Assembly: GCA_032718475.1 (NCBI GenBank)
Contig: JAUCBJ010007926.1
Location: 62,001-126,000, forward strand
Length of the DNA stretch: 64,000 bases
Source: Nemertoderma westbladi
Lineage: Eukaryota; Animalia; Xenacoelomorpha
Direction of reading: 5' to 3'
Below the pieces are notes generated by a model, which saw only the letters and a program-made list of their open reading frames with translations, made no database searches and was not told the DNA's origin. Positions 48,602 through 60,278 of this stretch are shown here, piece after piece (within the stretch, counting starts at the first letter, position 1; each line of letters begins with the position of its first letter). The position numbers and the translations under genes were made by a program.

Positions 48602-49185
48602 TGTGAGCGGATTCAATTCCGCCCCACCGACGCCATAAAGTTGGGAAGTGGCGTTTTAAGCAATATTGGGGAGTACGAGGTTGATTACAATCAACCTCGT
48701 ATCACCCCCAATAACGGGCACAACATACGGCCCCAAAGAGCCACACAAAGGAGGTTAGGGGTCAAACCTCTTGGGAGAGGGAAAGTAACAGTAGCGGGGG
48801 GGAAGCACTCCCACAGAGGCGAGAGGCGTGAAGTGGGCTAACAGCCAATGAGAGCAGGGGGGAGAGTATCCACTGGACGAAGGCCGTAGTAATGTACTAA
48901 TTATATACATATATATTGTCCTGCTACCGGTCAGTTGTTCAGTTTACTCAGTCATTAATTGTGCAGTTAGGTGACATTTTCGTACCGTCTCCGCCGTCAC
49001 CACCACTACCGGTACAACGTTATTATATCTTATTCATTAACATTACATATATATTTCTTGCTATTATATTATATTTGGTGATTTGCATTAACAATATCAG
49101 AACAACTAACTATTATCCTTTTCATAACAACGAGCGGCGACGCGTAACGAAAACAAACTGGTCGGGATCCCCTGATCCCGTCACA
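48602..49185 (+). repeat. 3' LTR of BEL copy 3
   Basis: TGTGAGCGGATTCAATTCCGC...GGGATCCCCTGATCCCGTCACA, preceded by a G-rich PPT. Confidence 0.9.
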
Positions 49186-49485
49186 TCGGCTGAATACATG
49201 TAGCACTCCATCAGGTGCTCGAATCTGTATGGTCTTTGAAGTGAGGCTCTGCTGATGGCTTCCTCCTTCATTATCGTAAAACATATAACCATTCTCTTGC
49301 AGAGATCGACTCGTCGCGTCCCAATCGTCGAGTAAATCGTCGGTAGGGTTCCAAATTCTCCCTATGGACTTTTCGTTGTCGAAACTAATAGGTTTCCCCG
49401 TCCAATTGGTCGCAATGTCAGTGTCGGTTTCGAACGTGCCGACTCCGATCCATAATCGAATCGTTTTCACTAAATACCCTCGCAA
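49186..49485 (-). pseudogene. Fragment of a third, divergent exo-B homologue cut by the BEL LTR
   Basis: MFYDNEGGSHQQSLTSKTIQIRAPDGVLHVF vs MFYDNEGGSHQECLTSKCIQIRAADGVTHVF in ORF 61421-63985. Confidence 0.85.
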
Positions 49486-49828
49486 GATGCAAGGTGCGAT
49501 ACCCGGTCATTCATATCTCGAGAAGTAAAAAATCTCGCTTATATCGCAAATCTCGCAAATATTACTAACTCTACCATCTACATACAAATGGTTGGGCTAT
49601 TATTGTTTGTTAATTATTTTATATTTTTTTTATGTGTGTGAATGTTTATTGTCAGTGGTATACCAAGACCATTTCAGTAGGATAATTAAAAAAAACTTGT
49701 ATTATTTTAAGTGAAATCTGCATCAAATGTCACATGTAGAGGTAAGAATTTATTTATTGAGATAGAGATAGTTGTCACTTATTAATTAATGACTAATATT
49801 CTATATGTCAATGTATTTAATTACGCAG

Positions 49829-49939
49829 ATTCCTGTTCAACATGTAATGAGAATGCTATTTGCATTCATTTCGAAGGTGACAACGGCTTTGGCTGTCATT
49901 GCAAACCGGGTTATGATGGTGATGGGATAGGGTGCAATG
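49829..49939 (+). CDS. EGF-like domain exon of a host gene
   Basis: cag acceptor, GTAAGT donor, 111 nt, phase 1-1; (D)SCSTCNENAICIHFEGDNGFGCHCKPGYDGDGIGCN has six Cys in EGF spacing. Confidence 0.88.
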
Positions 49940-50545
49940 GTAAGTCTCTGAATAAACTATTATGTGATTATGCTATTAGGCAGAAAGTGACTTTATACTT
50001 ACTAGTATTATTATTCTTATTATTATCCTACACCCCTAGGAGGCTAGGGGGGTAGTACAGTGGCCAAGAGTTTGTACATATATTTCCAGCTCAAACAGTA
50101 GGTAAGATATAAATAATAAGTCATAAGTAAAAAATATATAAGAAATATAATATATAATAAATATACTTAAAAGCGAATCGATACATAATTTATATAAATT
50201 GAATTTCCTCAAATTTCCTCCTAAAATATATTAAAATATTTTAATATTTATTAAAATATAAAATATCAGATTTTTACAATTACTTTCACAGGTGCCCCAT
50301 GTATTTCATGTATCGTTGTTTAACTGTATCCTCTAGAGTCCCGACGTCCCCACAAGTGTACAATAATTGAATCTACCATCCTAATACGCCCTCTGATATT
50401 CATCAGATGCAGTGTGACCCATGGAATGGGAAGTGGATGTACACTTCTGTGACAGTGGGGACTGTGATTGTGATGCATACTCCCAAGAGTTCCACTTTCC
50501 CATGTTCCAATGTCCACCTCTATGCATTCTAAATTAAATTCAAAT

Positions 50546-51060
50546 TGTGATGGGACCTGAGTTGGTGCTTTGGGTCCCGATCGGGTTAAATCTCTATCGC
50601 AGTCCTAGATGATCCTACATGTTGCTTCGCTTGTAATAACTGAAGGCTGATGTTTGTGTCAGATAAAACAGAATTTGATGTTAATATCACTTGATGTTAT
50701 TGGATCTCTGATAGACTGATATAAGTCTGAGTCTGAGATCTGAAAGACTGAGATAATACAGCACAATAATTGGTAAACAGTTCAGCCGTAATTCAGCACG
50801 TGACAGTGGAAAACTATATAGCCACTACACCGGTCAATTTGCCATCTTAAGTAACAGTCACATGACAATATGGAAAATTAGAGGGAATATTACACACTAC
50901 ACAGCCCCCACATGTATACCTGCCAACCAATCTATACACTCATCAACAGCTGTGGCCTTCCCATTGGCCGGCCTGTTTTATTCCTACAACCTCATATCCC
51001 CTTTGCCCTGTGTTAGCCCCTTTCCCTTGATATGGGTAATAAACCATCTCCTGGCTATTA
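50546..51060 (-). repeat. Possible distant-subfamily LTR (far boundary uncertain)
   Basis: Minus strand ends AACCCGATCGGGACCC...GGTCCCATCACA, like the U5 hairpin + TCACA of the other LTRs. Confidence 0.45.
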
Positions 51061-51405
51061 TTCATTCATAAGTATATTTAGACCAATAATAATTAACATT
51101 AATATATAAACAATTACAATGTTTACAGATTAATTTCAACACAATACAAACATATATGTGTATGTATATAGAAAATTTAGGGCAATGGAGTGCAACCAAG
51201 TAGCATGGCTAGTAAACAGTTGCTCACTGGTGGGGGTGGGGGGGGGGGGGGGGTGTAGTAGAGTAGTACTGTATGTACAAAGTGCTGTAAGTTTAAGAAA
51301 ATAGTTAGCGCTGATAGGGTAGATCCAAATTATTTGTTATATTATTATTTATTATTTATTAGTTATATTATTTGCTTATTTGTTATATTTATTAGCTATA
51401 GATAT

Positions 51406-51436
<31 letters not shown>

Positions 51437-51624
51437 TTATTAGCATTTAGAATAAGAGTTAGATTTAGTAAAAGTTATAATCGCATATATAGTAGTGAGT
51501 TAATAGTAGACCACTGAGATTTATTTTTTATAGTTGTTAATATATATATTGTTAATGTGTCACCAAGGTTAAGATATCACGAATTTGAAAAGGATTCATC
51601 AGTGGGATGGTGTAAACTGGTATT

Positions 51625-51707
<83 letters not shown>

Positions 51708-53350
51708 TTATTTATACATTATGTAAAAACAATAACAAATACACTAAACAATGTACCGGTATAAAGGTATTATCCAACATAACATATAGGAATACCCCTA
51801 AAGCTTTGCAGCTTATTTCCAAGGGGGTCCTTTATGTTACTTGGTTACAAATACAATATTACACTACGCTAACCTAAAACCAATATAAACGTAATTACAC
51901 TATGTACATGTACAACTTTACCGAGAGCGTGACAATGTCCGACTCAACGATAAAGATGTAATGTACAGAATAATTTATTATAAAACGTAATTACAGTATA
52001 AATAGTAAATAATTAATAAACTAATAACTTACTGTAGGACTATTGTACCTATTTTTACATTGCACACGGAGATGAGATTTAACTGCAGATTTAAAAGAAT
52101 GTTGATTATTTAGGTTTTTAATTTCATTAGGCAGAGCGTTCCAATTTTTAATGCCATTAAAAAAGAAAGTATCAGATTCAAAGGATTTACACTTCGGGAG
52201 GTAGAAGTTTGAAGCACTAGCTCTGGTACTGTAAGAGTGTGTATCGCGTACTCTGTTGAATTTTTGTTTTAGGTAATTAGGACATTTACCATTATACACT
52301 TTATGCACATGGTTAAGGCGTAGCTGCTTAACTCTACTATCTAAGTTAAGTAGTCCAGATTCAGAAAAGTCATCTGGAGTTAGGTGGTGCCTAGGTTTGT
52401 AGTTTTTAATAAATCGTACTACTTTATTCTGAGCTACTTGTAATTTACATTTAAGCTGTTTGGTTAAGCCTTCATACCAAGAAGAGCACGCATAGTCCAT
52501 GTGACACTGTATTAAAGAAGCGCAAAGTAACTTGCGGGAGTCGGTGTTTAAACTATTTTTATTTCTGTATAGAAACCTAAGCCTACTGTTAACTTTCGAG
52601 AAAATGTTTTTCACTGTACTTTCTCCTGATAAGCAGTTATCCAATGTGGTGCCTAAATATTTAACTTCCTTTTAATTTTCAATCTTATGTCCATTACTAG
52701 TGACTTCAAGCTTAGTTACCTTCTTTCTTTAACTTTCTTTTGGAACCAAACAAAATACTTTCAGTCTTACCGTAGTGAATGGATAGCTTATTATCAACCA
52801 ACCACTCATTACAGGATTCTAGAACTGCACTTAACTTTTGGGAATTATGGATAGGATCTTTATGAGAGAAAATAATAGCACTGCCGTCGGCATATAAAAT
52901 GAATTTACAATCGGGATCTATACTACTTATCATATCATTTACATAGCATACAAAAAGCAGAGGACCTAATATACTACCTTGCGGTACACCACAGGTAATC
53001 TCTTGTACAGTAGACTGCGATTCGCTAATGACTACAGTTTGACCTCTGTCTGACAGGTAGGACTTGAACCAGTCTATAGAACCTACACCCGCCCATCAGG
53101 CCTAACTTACCAAGCAGAATTTCATGATCTACAGTATCAAAAGCCTTTTGTAGGTCCAACATTACCATACCAGTATATAAACCCTTTGCGTTATTACATC
53201 TAATTGTATCAGTTAAGTTAATAAGGCAGGTGTCTGTAGAATATGATTTACGAAAACCGGACTGAAGTTCATAGATCAGATTTATCCTACTAAGATGTGC
53301 TTCCAGCTGTAGAAAAACAGAACGTTATAGAATTTTAGATACAATACTTA
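51625..53350 (-). mobile_element. CR1/L2-group LINE, 5'-truncated and decayed, with (TCTA)n tail
   Basis: GVPQGSILGPLLF, LYADGS, DYACSSWY..LQVAQNK, KNWNALP; (GATA)n 51625-51707 next to the 3'UTR. Confidence 0.85.
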
Positions 53351-53359
53351 AACTTTAAA

Positions 53360-53880
53360 CACCCATATCTCAGAATGACATTTTTTTCATGAAAAGGGCT
53401 ATTTCTCCGCCAGTTTTAAATGAAATGAGTTGAAATTTGGTACACTTGTTAATATTACCCTTCTCCATACTTCTTCCGAACAAATTTGGGTGGAAATGCC
53501 CTGGAGCCTTTTTATATCAAAAAGGCCCAAAAAAGCCCTTTTTTGGAGCCTTTTTGTTCTAAAAATGCTCTACAGGATTTGTGGCAAAATTTTTTCAGAA
53601 TAATTGGATGCAGGGTTCTTTTGAACCCATATTCCAAATTTCTACAAATTTCAACAAATATTGGTGGAGAAATAGCCCTTGGCGCAAAAAGGCACTTTTG
53701 GGAATTACGGAGCCATTTTGGGGCCAATTTTTAAAATATTTGGTTTGGTTATTCTCAAACAGTCCAGACGATGTTTAGTAGCTCAAAAAATAATTTTCAC
53801 CCAATTTTATGGTCCAGAGACACAAAAATGTGAGGTTCAATTTGGGGGTGCTACCCCCCCCCCCCCCAAGCTAAACTTGT
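53360..53880. mobile_element. Probable non-autonomous DNA element fragment
   Basis: gaaatttggtacac motif, repeated ggagcctttt, terminal gggggtgctaccccc palindrome. Confidence 0.35.
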
Positions 53881-53919
53881 ATTATAATTCTGTAATAAAT
53901 TGGTGCTATTAATCAAGCT

Positions 53920-56375
53920 GCTAGTGAATGCATTCCGTTAAAACCTAACGGTAAATACTCTAATGATAATAATATTCCCGGATGGAACGATATCGTACAA
54001 AGTAAATATAATATAATATTTCTAGATTAAATTTTAAATTATGGCGTGCTAATAAATGCCCCCGTTCAGGTCCTATTTTTATTAAATAATATATGCAGTC
54101 TAAGTTACAATTCAAACGTGCAATGCGTGAACGTAAGAGGAATGAACAACAGCTGCGATGCGACAAGCTTGCAAATTCGCTCTACAAAGATAACTGTAAT
54201 GACTTTTGGAGAAATGTTACAAAACATTGTAACAACTCAGTCCCTACTACTACTACTACTACTAGGATCGGGATGCTGCATTGCAGCTGCATTTTTAAGA
54301 ATGCTGTGCCGGCTTGTCAACAAAATTGCACCGCCACAACTCCCTATCACCCATGACATTTGCTAGATCATCCGCATCTTTAAGGCCAGTGTCCTTTAAG
54401 ATGCGTCTCAAGAAAGTCATGGGCTGTCCACCATGCTTATTCACTCCATGAGGATGCCAAAGTACAAGATTATGCACTGGCTGGTCCTCACGGCGAAAGC
54501 AATGTCCTGCAAAGCGGAGGCGATTTTGTTCTAGTGTCAAGCTTGGGGGAACCAATGAGACACCTCCAATGTTATATAGTGTCTGGTTGGAGATGTGTGC
54601 ATTGTACTTGACACAATGAACCCGGCGTAGCATTCTTGTGAATGTGCCATCCAGAGATTTGGTGTCCTCAGCAGTTAGAGCCCAGCATGGACTCCCGTAG
54701 AGGAGTACTGGAACTACTGCTGCTCTAAATAATCGGACCTTAAGTTTCCGATTAATTCTCGGTGACTTCCAAATCCTGGAAAGCCTATTTAAGGCTGCCC
54801 ATGCCTTTCCCTTACGTATTCGAAGGTCCTCACCTGACTTCCGGATCCATGATCCCAGGTAACAGAAGTCGTCCACATGCTCAAGCATACCATCCTTTGA
54901 GCTTTTATGCTCATCCGATCAGAGACTTGCTGAGGACTTTCAAAGTTAACTGTCAGAATTTTGGTCTTTCTGGAGTTAGTAAAAAGACCAACACTAGAAG
55001 CAGCATGTTCTAATGAGCTGAGGAGCCGTTGGGCTCCCTCTAATGATTCTGAGAGTACTCCTAAGTCATCAGCAAAGTCTAGATCAGTTAGATTTCCTCG
55101 ACTTCTGGAGCCAGTAGGTGGAGTTATCATCACCCCATTATCATTATAATGATCTAAGGACATGCGTAGAACATAGTCAACCACAATAATGAACAAGAAT
55201 GGTGCAAGTGTGTCTCAAATGTTGTCGAACCATCTTTATACTGATCTGATTGCTGCAATAATTTCATCAGGAATCCCATATAATGAAAGTATGCTGAACA
55301 TACGTGAGCGAGAGACTGAATCAAAGGCCTTGAAGAAGTCAACAAAGATAACAGCCAGATGCCTGTCTTTCTTTTTTGATAATTCTTCAATTATCCTTCT
55401 AAGTGCCAAAATGGGCTCCATGGTCCCACGACCTTTACGGAACCCATTCTGATTTCCACGGAGCAGTCTCTCAATGGGATCCCTGATGCGATTTAATAGA
55501 ATCCTATTGTATAGCTTTGCAGCAATCGAGATCAATGAGATTCCCCGAAAAGAACCATAGAGTGTTAGGTTGCCCTTCTTGGGAACTGGCACCAACTTAT
55601 TTGTTTTCATTTCTTGTGGGACTCTTGTTGTTCGGTACATGTCTACTATGATGGGATAGATGAGCTTTAAACACTCAGGTATTTTAAAGACCTCAGGGGG
55701 AACACCATCTACTCCACTGGCACGATTGGTCTTAATGCTCTTTGCAGCAGCCTTCACTTCTGCAAAGTCCCGCTCACTCACTCAGTCCCGCTATCTTATA
55801 AAGTTGGTAATGCCACTGGCGAAACCGCAATTTGTAACCATTTTGAAAATAAATTTAGTGCATTATATAACTCTGTGAATGACGATAAGGACAAAAATGA
55901 TGTCGAAGGTTTGTTAAGATCAATTGAATAGAATACTCGACTGATATGATTGTTACAACACCTGATGTTTCTGATGCTTTCAGTAAGCTAGCTACTGGAA
56001 AATCCGCAGGTCCGGATGGAAATAGTGGCAGAGCACATTAAACATGCCCTTCGTAACTGTTGTTTACATTTTTCTTATATATTTACTTCTATTAATGTGC
56101 ATGGTTGTTTGCCACAAAAGTTGATAGACTCGAATTTGTATCCATTAATAAAAGATAAAAATGCAGATCTCACTGATGATGACAATTATCGCGGCATTTG
56201 TGTTGCTAATATCTCAAGTAAGGTCTTAGAATCTGTTTATTATAAACAATTTTTGGAATTCTTAAGTACAACGGACGCATAATTTGGATTTAAAAAGGGA
56301 TTGGGTACTGAGTTGGCAATATTCACACTTAAAGAGATTATTCAATTTTATATAGACAACAACAGTCCAGTATAC
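53920..56375 (+). mobile_element. Decayed LINE of another family, split by the RTE insertion
   Basis: IPGWNDIV..., FWRNV before and GKSAGPDG, PLIKDKN..DDNYRGICV..SKVLE, FGFKKG after the RTE. Confidence 0.7.
54245..55779 (-). mobile_element. RTE-like LINE, 5'-truncated with internal deletions
   Basis: RT ORFs 54295-55781; (TAG)n tail; 10-bp TSD ACTCAGTCCC (54235-54244, 55780-55789). Confidence 0.93.
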
Positions 56376-57056
56376 ATTAGGGTGGTGCGTTTTTTTACTT
56401 TTTTTTCGATTTCATTGTTCTACCGGTGGACAAAAGTTGCCAAATGGTAAAAAAATAAAGCAAAAAAATTCTTTAAATTTCGTCTATATCTTCACGGATC
56501 CCAAGAGGGTTGACATTTTGAGCCATCGCGATGCGCCATATTTAAATTTATAGCAATATATCACATTAATGAAAGATCAATGACTCAAGAAAGAACTTCT
56601 TGCATGCATCAAATGTCATCAAATGGGTCCAAACTTAGTTAGATACCAAAATTTTAATTATTTGGATCAAGGGAACTAGTGCCACAGGCACATGGACAGA
56701 ACCTACCCTTTGGCACAACTGATGATAATTCTAAATTTTCGCGATGGCCAACTTTGATTTCTCCTACTGCATTAATATTATGCTCATTAGAACCGCAATG
56801 ACCGATTTAGTGGGGGTAGTCACAGGAAACAAACGAACGTAAAGAAACTAACGTAAACAAAACAAACGTAAAAACAAACGTAAAGCGAATAGTTCTTGAA
56901 ATATCGCTGAAAATGTGAAGTCCAGCACAAGTCTACATTACCGCCTTGATGCGATATGGACAAATCCTCAAAAAATTTTATTTTGAATTATCTCAAGGAA
57001 TCAAGAATAGACAGACACATCGCTGCTATAAATTGATTTAGTGTATACAGACACTT

Positions 57057-57590
57057 GGGACCGGTACTTGTACCGGTACTTGTACTGGTACTGGTACCGG
57101 TAATTTTACTGGTACCGGAACTTGTTTTGGTACCGGTACTTGTACCGGTACTTTTACTGGTACAGGTACAGGCACCGGTACTGCTACCAGTTCTTGTGCA
57201 GGTACTTGTACTGGTTCCGGTTCTTTTACTGCTACCGGTACCGGTACATGTATCGGTACCGGTAATTTTATTGGTACCGGTACTTGTGTTGGTACTGGTA
57301 GTTTTACCGGTACTTTTACTGGTACCTGTACTTGTACTGGTACAAGTACTTGTACTGGTACTTGTACCGTTACATGTACTGGTACCGGTTCTTTTAGCGG
57401 TACCGGTACTTGTACTGGGACTGGTACTTGTACCAGTACTTGTACAGGTACTGGTACTTGTACAGGTACCGGTACTTGTACTGGTACCGGTACTTGTACT
57501 GGTACCGGTACTTGTACTTGTACCTGTTCTTTTACTGGTATCAGTACTTGTACTGGTACTGGTACTGGTACAGGTACTTGTACAGGTACC
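57057..57590. repeat. Degenerate hexamer simple repeat built on GTAC
   Basis: ggtact/tgtact/ggtacc units over ~530 bp. Confidence 0.92.
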
Positions 57591-57606
57591 TATGCGACCC
57601 AGGCAG

Positions 57607-59504
57607 TTCCTGCCTGGGTCGCTTCCTCCCTTCCTGTTTACCCTTGAGGCTACTCATCCTCGCTGATACCGTCTTTCCAAACCCCCCAAACCCCATTGTT
57701 GGTTCTTTGGGTGCGGGGCGGGTGTTATTAACTCACGGTATCGCTTCGCAGGAGGTCCCACTGAGTGTACCTCCTGTTTCCCCTGGTAGCGTCCCACAAG
57801 ATCATCTTTATCGCAAGCTGCACGTGTTCCTTTCAGGGAGGCAGTCCCTGAATTCGATCCTATTTTCTGGTGACCATCTGTCAAGATATCTTTGGGTGTT
57901 GATGACCCCTCCATATGATGCCGCTGTCGCTACCTCGTGATACGTGAATGGTAGTCTCCTCTTGGTGATCTGCTGGTGGGCTTCTATATTAATGTTGAAG
58001 AAGCCCAACCAGAACTTCTGGGCCTTCATCCTTTGTTGTGTCATAACTCCGACGTCGGCCCACTCCTCGAAAATGCGAAATTTCTCCTCATCCTCATACA
58101 GTCGCACTGGCGTTCAAAGTGCCCCCTAAACTTGCACTTCGAACACCTGTTGTGCAACCTTGGGCATGCGCCCATCCAGTGCGTAAACTCACGGCAGTAC
58201 TGACACGCCGTCCCCTTCTGGTAATGGTATAGACAGTTCTTTTGCTGATGTGTTAATCTCCCACAGTAATCGCAACTGTGTATCATTGTCTCTCGCCCCA
58301 AGTCGTCCTTGGCTCCATGTAGCCTCCTGGGTCTGTGGAGCCGCTGGTAGGTAAACATCTCGATGTTGTCTTCCCTACCCATATCGATGTCCTCCTCCAC
58401 CCTCGGCATCGTTTCTCCAAACACTACCCGTGGTACCGTCCCTGGTTGCTCGCCCAGTCTGATCATGTTCACCACGAAGTCCGTTGCCAGCTCCCTGTGC
58501 TCCCAAGTCCGCTTACCGGGTGTGTCCCAGAAGGCTCTCGCCCCGCTGGCTGTCACCACTCTCCCGTCCATCCAGACCATGTCCGAGTGGCCGATCCTCT
58601 CTATCGGTGGCATCGCCCCAAACTCGTCCTCCTCCTCTTCCCCTGCCGGGAGCGAATCCAAACCAGGGATCCCAGTTAATCCACTGTGTCCCTTTTCGGC
58701 CTGGTATTCGCCCATGGCCTTCCACCCTTCTACCTCCCTCGGTCTCTTCCTTCCGAAGTTGCCCTCAGACCCCGCAGGCATGGGGATTCCTTGCAGCCCC
58801 GATGCAGACTGTATCGGTGTCTCTTCCAATCAACCCAGTTCGTCCTCCAGCCGAAACTCACCCGAGGTCTCAAATCCCCACCTCAGCTCGTCCAAATCCT
58901 GGGCTTCGAACTCGTACTCCTCCCCCCTTATATCTGGCTCTCTGCCCGCTGCCTCCCTTCTCTCTCTCCTGGCGACCTCCTCTAGTCTCCGCTCCTCAAC
59001 CCTATCCGCCTCCTGTTTCTCCCATCGCACATACGGTGTATCTACCTCTCTGTCCACCAGGTGTCGGGTATTGTAATATAGCCACTCGCCCTTCAGCCCC
59101 AGGTGGTCTACAAGACCTTCTAGGGCCACCTTAAAGGCTCTCCTGTGGTTCAGAGGTGATCCCGATAGTAGAAATGCCGTCGGCTCCCTGCCGATAGTCA
59201 CCGTGATGAATAGGTTTAGTAAACCTATCCTTATCCAGTCTTCCTGTAGGATATATCTCTTCTGATATATCTTTATCGCTCCCTTCCGGAAGTGATATAG
59301 CTCCTCCTTCACCGGTCTCGCTCCCCACTTGAGTGAGTTTGCAAGTTCCGCTCTGTATTCGTCGCGGAACTTGTTCCAGTCCATCGGCTTGTGGCAGACG
59401 AGTCCCATCAGTTGGCCCATCGCCACGGCTCCGTAATGTCCCGCGTTGTCCACCAATCCCAATCCGTCTGGTTTCATCATAGCCATCACTACCTGCATGT
59501 CCAG
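57607..59504 (-). pseudogene. Second exo-A copy, truncated at both ends
   Basis: ORFs 58830-59498, 58041-58829 and 57808-58107 are collinear with 18505-20400 (GAVAMGQLMGLVCH, IKIYQKRY, CDYCGRLTH). Confidence 0.9.
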
Positions 59505-60278
59505 ATGATTCCGGGTGCCTGGTCCAATAATTCCATAGGTAGGGCTACATACTATACAAAATGGATGAGTTCAAAATATATGGGCGTTTCAATTTCCTTA
59601 CCTAAATATCATTGAGCGTTATGCCTTATCTAAATAATTATACTGCATCACGGACTAATATATGATACTATATAATGGACTAATATATTATACTGTATAA
59701 TGGACTAATGTATGTACAGTATAACGGACTAATATATTACATAATGTAGGTACAGCGCCATATACCGTAACACCGCTCCAAGGGAAATCATGCAATGTTT
59801 CCCTCCAATTGTAGGAGAGTATAAGGCGATGTATACAAAAAAAAATAAATCTCTTTCAAATAATCTAAATATCTTGATACTATACTATTTACAAATATTG
59901 CTATAGATATTGCATAATGAATTGCATACAAATTAAATTTACAAAATATTACCTCCCTCAATGTTAACGATTATTACATACAAATTAAATTTACAAAATA
60001 CTGTTTCTCATTCGTTCTACATAATGATTACTACATACAAATTAAATTTACAAATATCATCTTTCAAATATAAAAAATTTGCTAGGGTAGGTGAAAGGAG
60101 TAAGCCAAACCCGCAGGTTTGTCTCCCCAATCACCTCCTTCGCCTCTCTCATAATATAAATCCAAATCAGTGCGACTAGTGTATATGAGTCAAGTCGGAT
60201 GTTTAAAAAATGCTACAATATACATCAGAGCGACAATGATGTATATATCTAGAGTCTGTCGCCCCGTGATATGATGCA

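Larger units (their letters stand above)
41161..49185 (+). mobile_element. BEL/Pao copy 3, 3' half (RNase H, integrase, repeats, exo-A remnant, PPT, 3' LTR), interrupted by an RTE
   Basis: 41161-41376 matches ~13492-13705; ORF 45195-47150; PPT before TGTGAGCGG at 48602. Confidence 0.9.

Noticed and set aside
32573-49185. BEL copies 2 and 3 as two halves of one inverted element
   Set aside because: Their LTRs (38121-38664 and 48602-49185) belong to clearly different subfamilies
56378-57050. hAT-like element starting TAGGGTG
   Set aside because: No matching second TIR or TSD found
57055-57940. Val/Leu/Pro-rich and Tyr/Trp-rich ORFs
   Set aside because: Translation artefacts of a hexamer repeat
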